This document shows positions 7,641-8,611 of a DNA stretch of 8,611 nt, in pieces (position 1 is the stretch's first letter; each line of letters starts with the position of its first letter). A program made the position numbers and the translations under genes. The DNA comes from a virus (taxonomy: Duplodnaviria; Heunggongvirae; Uroviricota; Caudoviricetes), in IMG/VR virus record IMGVR_UViG_2563366981_000001, positions 1 through 8,611 of that record. One strand, written 5' to 3'. The notes under the pieces were generated by a model. It had not been told where the DNA came from and searched no databases. It was given only the letters and a program-made list of their open reading frames with translations.

Positions 7641-8384
7641 ATGGCAACTACATGTTCAGTTATATTGATTTTGGAGTCCTTTGATGTTTATTTCGGAAAA
7701 GAGAGTGTGTTTCTGGATAGAGGTTTATCTGTACTTGTCGACTCTAGCTATAGAGATTTTTTCCTGACATATCCTGAAAGAGTGATAGTGGCGGATTTTG
7801 GCGCTGAGTTTATTAGTCGCTATTTGAAAGCTAATAACTTAAGGGATATTTCTGATTGTAGGGAATATCCATCTTATTTAAAAATAAACTTTGCTGACTT
7901 CAGTTTAATTAAAGGATTAATTAGTTGGGCTAATCACTGTGCTGAATATATAGAAATTTTTGATGAGTCTATTGCTTTTACATGTCTCTCTGCATTTTCT
8001 TCTGAAAAACAATTTGGAGTATTTCTGTTTGGATGTTTGAAAAGCACAGGGGCTAAAGTTAAAACGATTATTCATACGGATTTATCTGCACCATGGCATC
8101 TTAAGGATATATCATCAAGATTATATCTCAGCGAAAGTTTACTAAAGAGGAAATTGAAAGAAGAGGGGGTATCATTCAGTAAGATCATACTTGATGAGAG
8201 GATGCAAATGGCTGAATATTTACTCAGCACTCGTTGTTATCCTATTAGTAAAGTAGCTAAGGTCTGTGGTTATGCCAGTGTCTCATACTTTACTTATGTA
8301 TTTAGACGTTATTTTGGTGTTTCTCCAAGTCAATACTCTCAGAGGAGTTCAGAAAGTAAAATTCTTACTCACCAGGGAATCTAA
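7641..8384 (+). CDS. AraC/XylS-family transcriptional regulator (AppY/YdeO/EnvY-like)
   Basis: 247 aa from ATG at 7641 (GGTGGA 5 nt upstream; the track's GTG at 7632 is less likely). N-terminus MATTCSVILILESF parallels recalled AppY MDYVCSVVFICQSF and YdeO MSLVCSVIFIHHAF. C-terminal double HTH: ...PWHLKDISSRLYLSESLLKRKLKEEGVSFSKIILDERMQMA...CGYASVSYFTYVFRRYFGVSPSQY. The gene and its surroundings are visibly AT-rich. Confidence 0.85.
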   Translation: MATTCSVILILESFDVYFGKESVFLDRGLSVLVDSSYRDFFLTYPERVIVADFGAEFISRYLKANNLRDISDCREYPSYLKINFADFSLIKGLISWANHCAEYIEIFDESIAFTCLSAFSSEKQFGVFLFGCLKSTGAKVKTIIHTDLSAPWHLKDISSRLYLSESLLKRKLKEEGVSFSKIILDERMQMAEYLLSTRCYPISKVAKVCGYASVSYFTYVFRRYFGVSPSQYSQRSSESKILTHQGI

Positions 8385-8388
8385 TCAT

Positions 8389-8611
8389 TGTTCTTGCCCC
8401 CTTATTTCCAGACAGGGGGTGTATCTTAAGTTAACGTTACCCGCTGACGTCGATATTCTCGCGGAGAGCGATAACCCAACGCACTGTGCGGATGGTTTTC
8501 ATTGTAATGTTCGATCGCTACTGCAAGATTATGCAATGCCGTTCTTATATTCGGTTTCGGCATGAACGCGATGTAGTCTTCCTTCATCGTTTTCACGAAC
8601 CTTTCTGCCAT
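8389..8611 (-). mobile_element. IS2-group (IS3 family) insertion sequence, right end only; continues beyond the window
   Basis: Terminal sequence TTGCCCCCTTATTTCCAGACA (8395-8415) resembles the recalled IS2 right inverted repeat (TTTGCCCCTATATTTCCAGACA); a transposase C-terminus lies immediately inside. The exact terminal base (about 8386-8392) is uncertain. Confidence 0.6.
8426..8611 (-). CDS. IS3-family (IS2-group) transposase OrfB, C-terminal 61 codons (partial; N-terminus outside window)
   Basis: ...[55 protein letters not shown] closely parallels the recalled IS2 InsD C-terminus (...AESFVKTIKRDYISIMPKP...[25 protein letters not shown]), including the conserved Glu of the DDE triad in the N-x-x-AE-x-F motif. 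The ATG at the window edge is coincidental. Confidence 0.7.
   Translation of the reverse strand: MAERFVKTMKEDYIAFMPKPNIRTALHNLAVAIEHYNENHPHSALGYRSPREYRRQRVTLT

Noticed and set aside
8266-8565. 99-aa plus-strand ORF spanning the AraC gene 3' end and the IS terminus
   Set aside because: Crosses the AraC stop and the IS inverted repeat and is antisense to the transposase C-terminus; artefactual.

Overview
Mosaic accessory region downstream of the core gene proA. Reading left to right: (1) complete proA and an intact tRNA-Thr(CGU) (thrW-type); (2) directly abutting the tRNA 3' end, a P22/Sf6-like tyrosine integrase, an overlapping excisionase and one small acidic ORF, i.e. the attL-proximal stub of a prophage; (3) a complete 768-bp IS1 with no flanking target-site duplication, which joins that stub to (4) a remnant of an e14/Mu-G-like invertible tail-fibre segment (5'-truncated tfa, intact tfa, side-tail-fibre variable C-terminal segment, one surviving hix/gix-like crossover site) and its Pin/Gin-family serine invertase; (5) convergent to pin, a ~257-aa protein with an N-terminal GIY-YIG-type nuclease motif set and an unrecognised C-terminal half, sitting where e14 carries mcrA. 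This is my best candidate for an undescribed single-gene anti-phage or modification-dependent nuclease; (6) a 66-nt 3' fragment of tRNA-Ser(CGA), looking like a degenerate att remnant; (7) a strongly AT-rich stretch encoding an AppY/YdeO-like AraC-family regulator; (8) the terminal inverted repeat and transposase C-terminus of an IS2-group (IS3-family) element running off the window. No CRISPR array or rRNA seen. All protein identities are from by-eye motif recognition and recalled family sequences; no searches were run.
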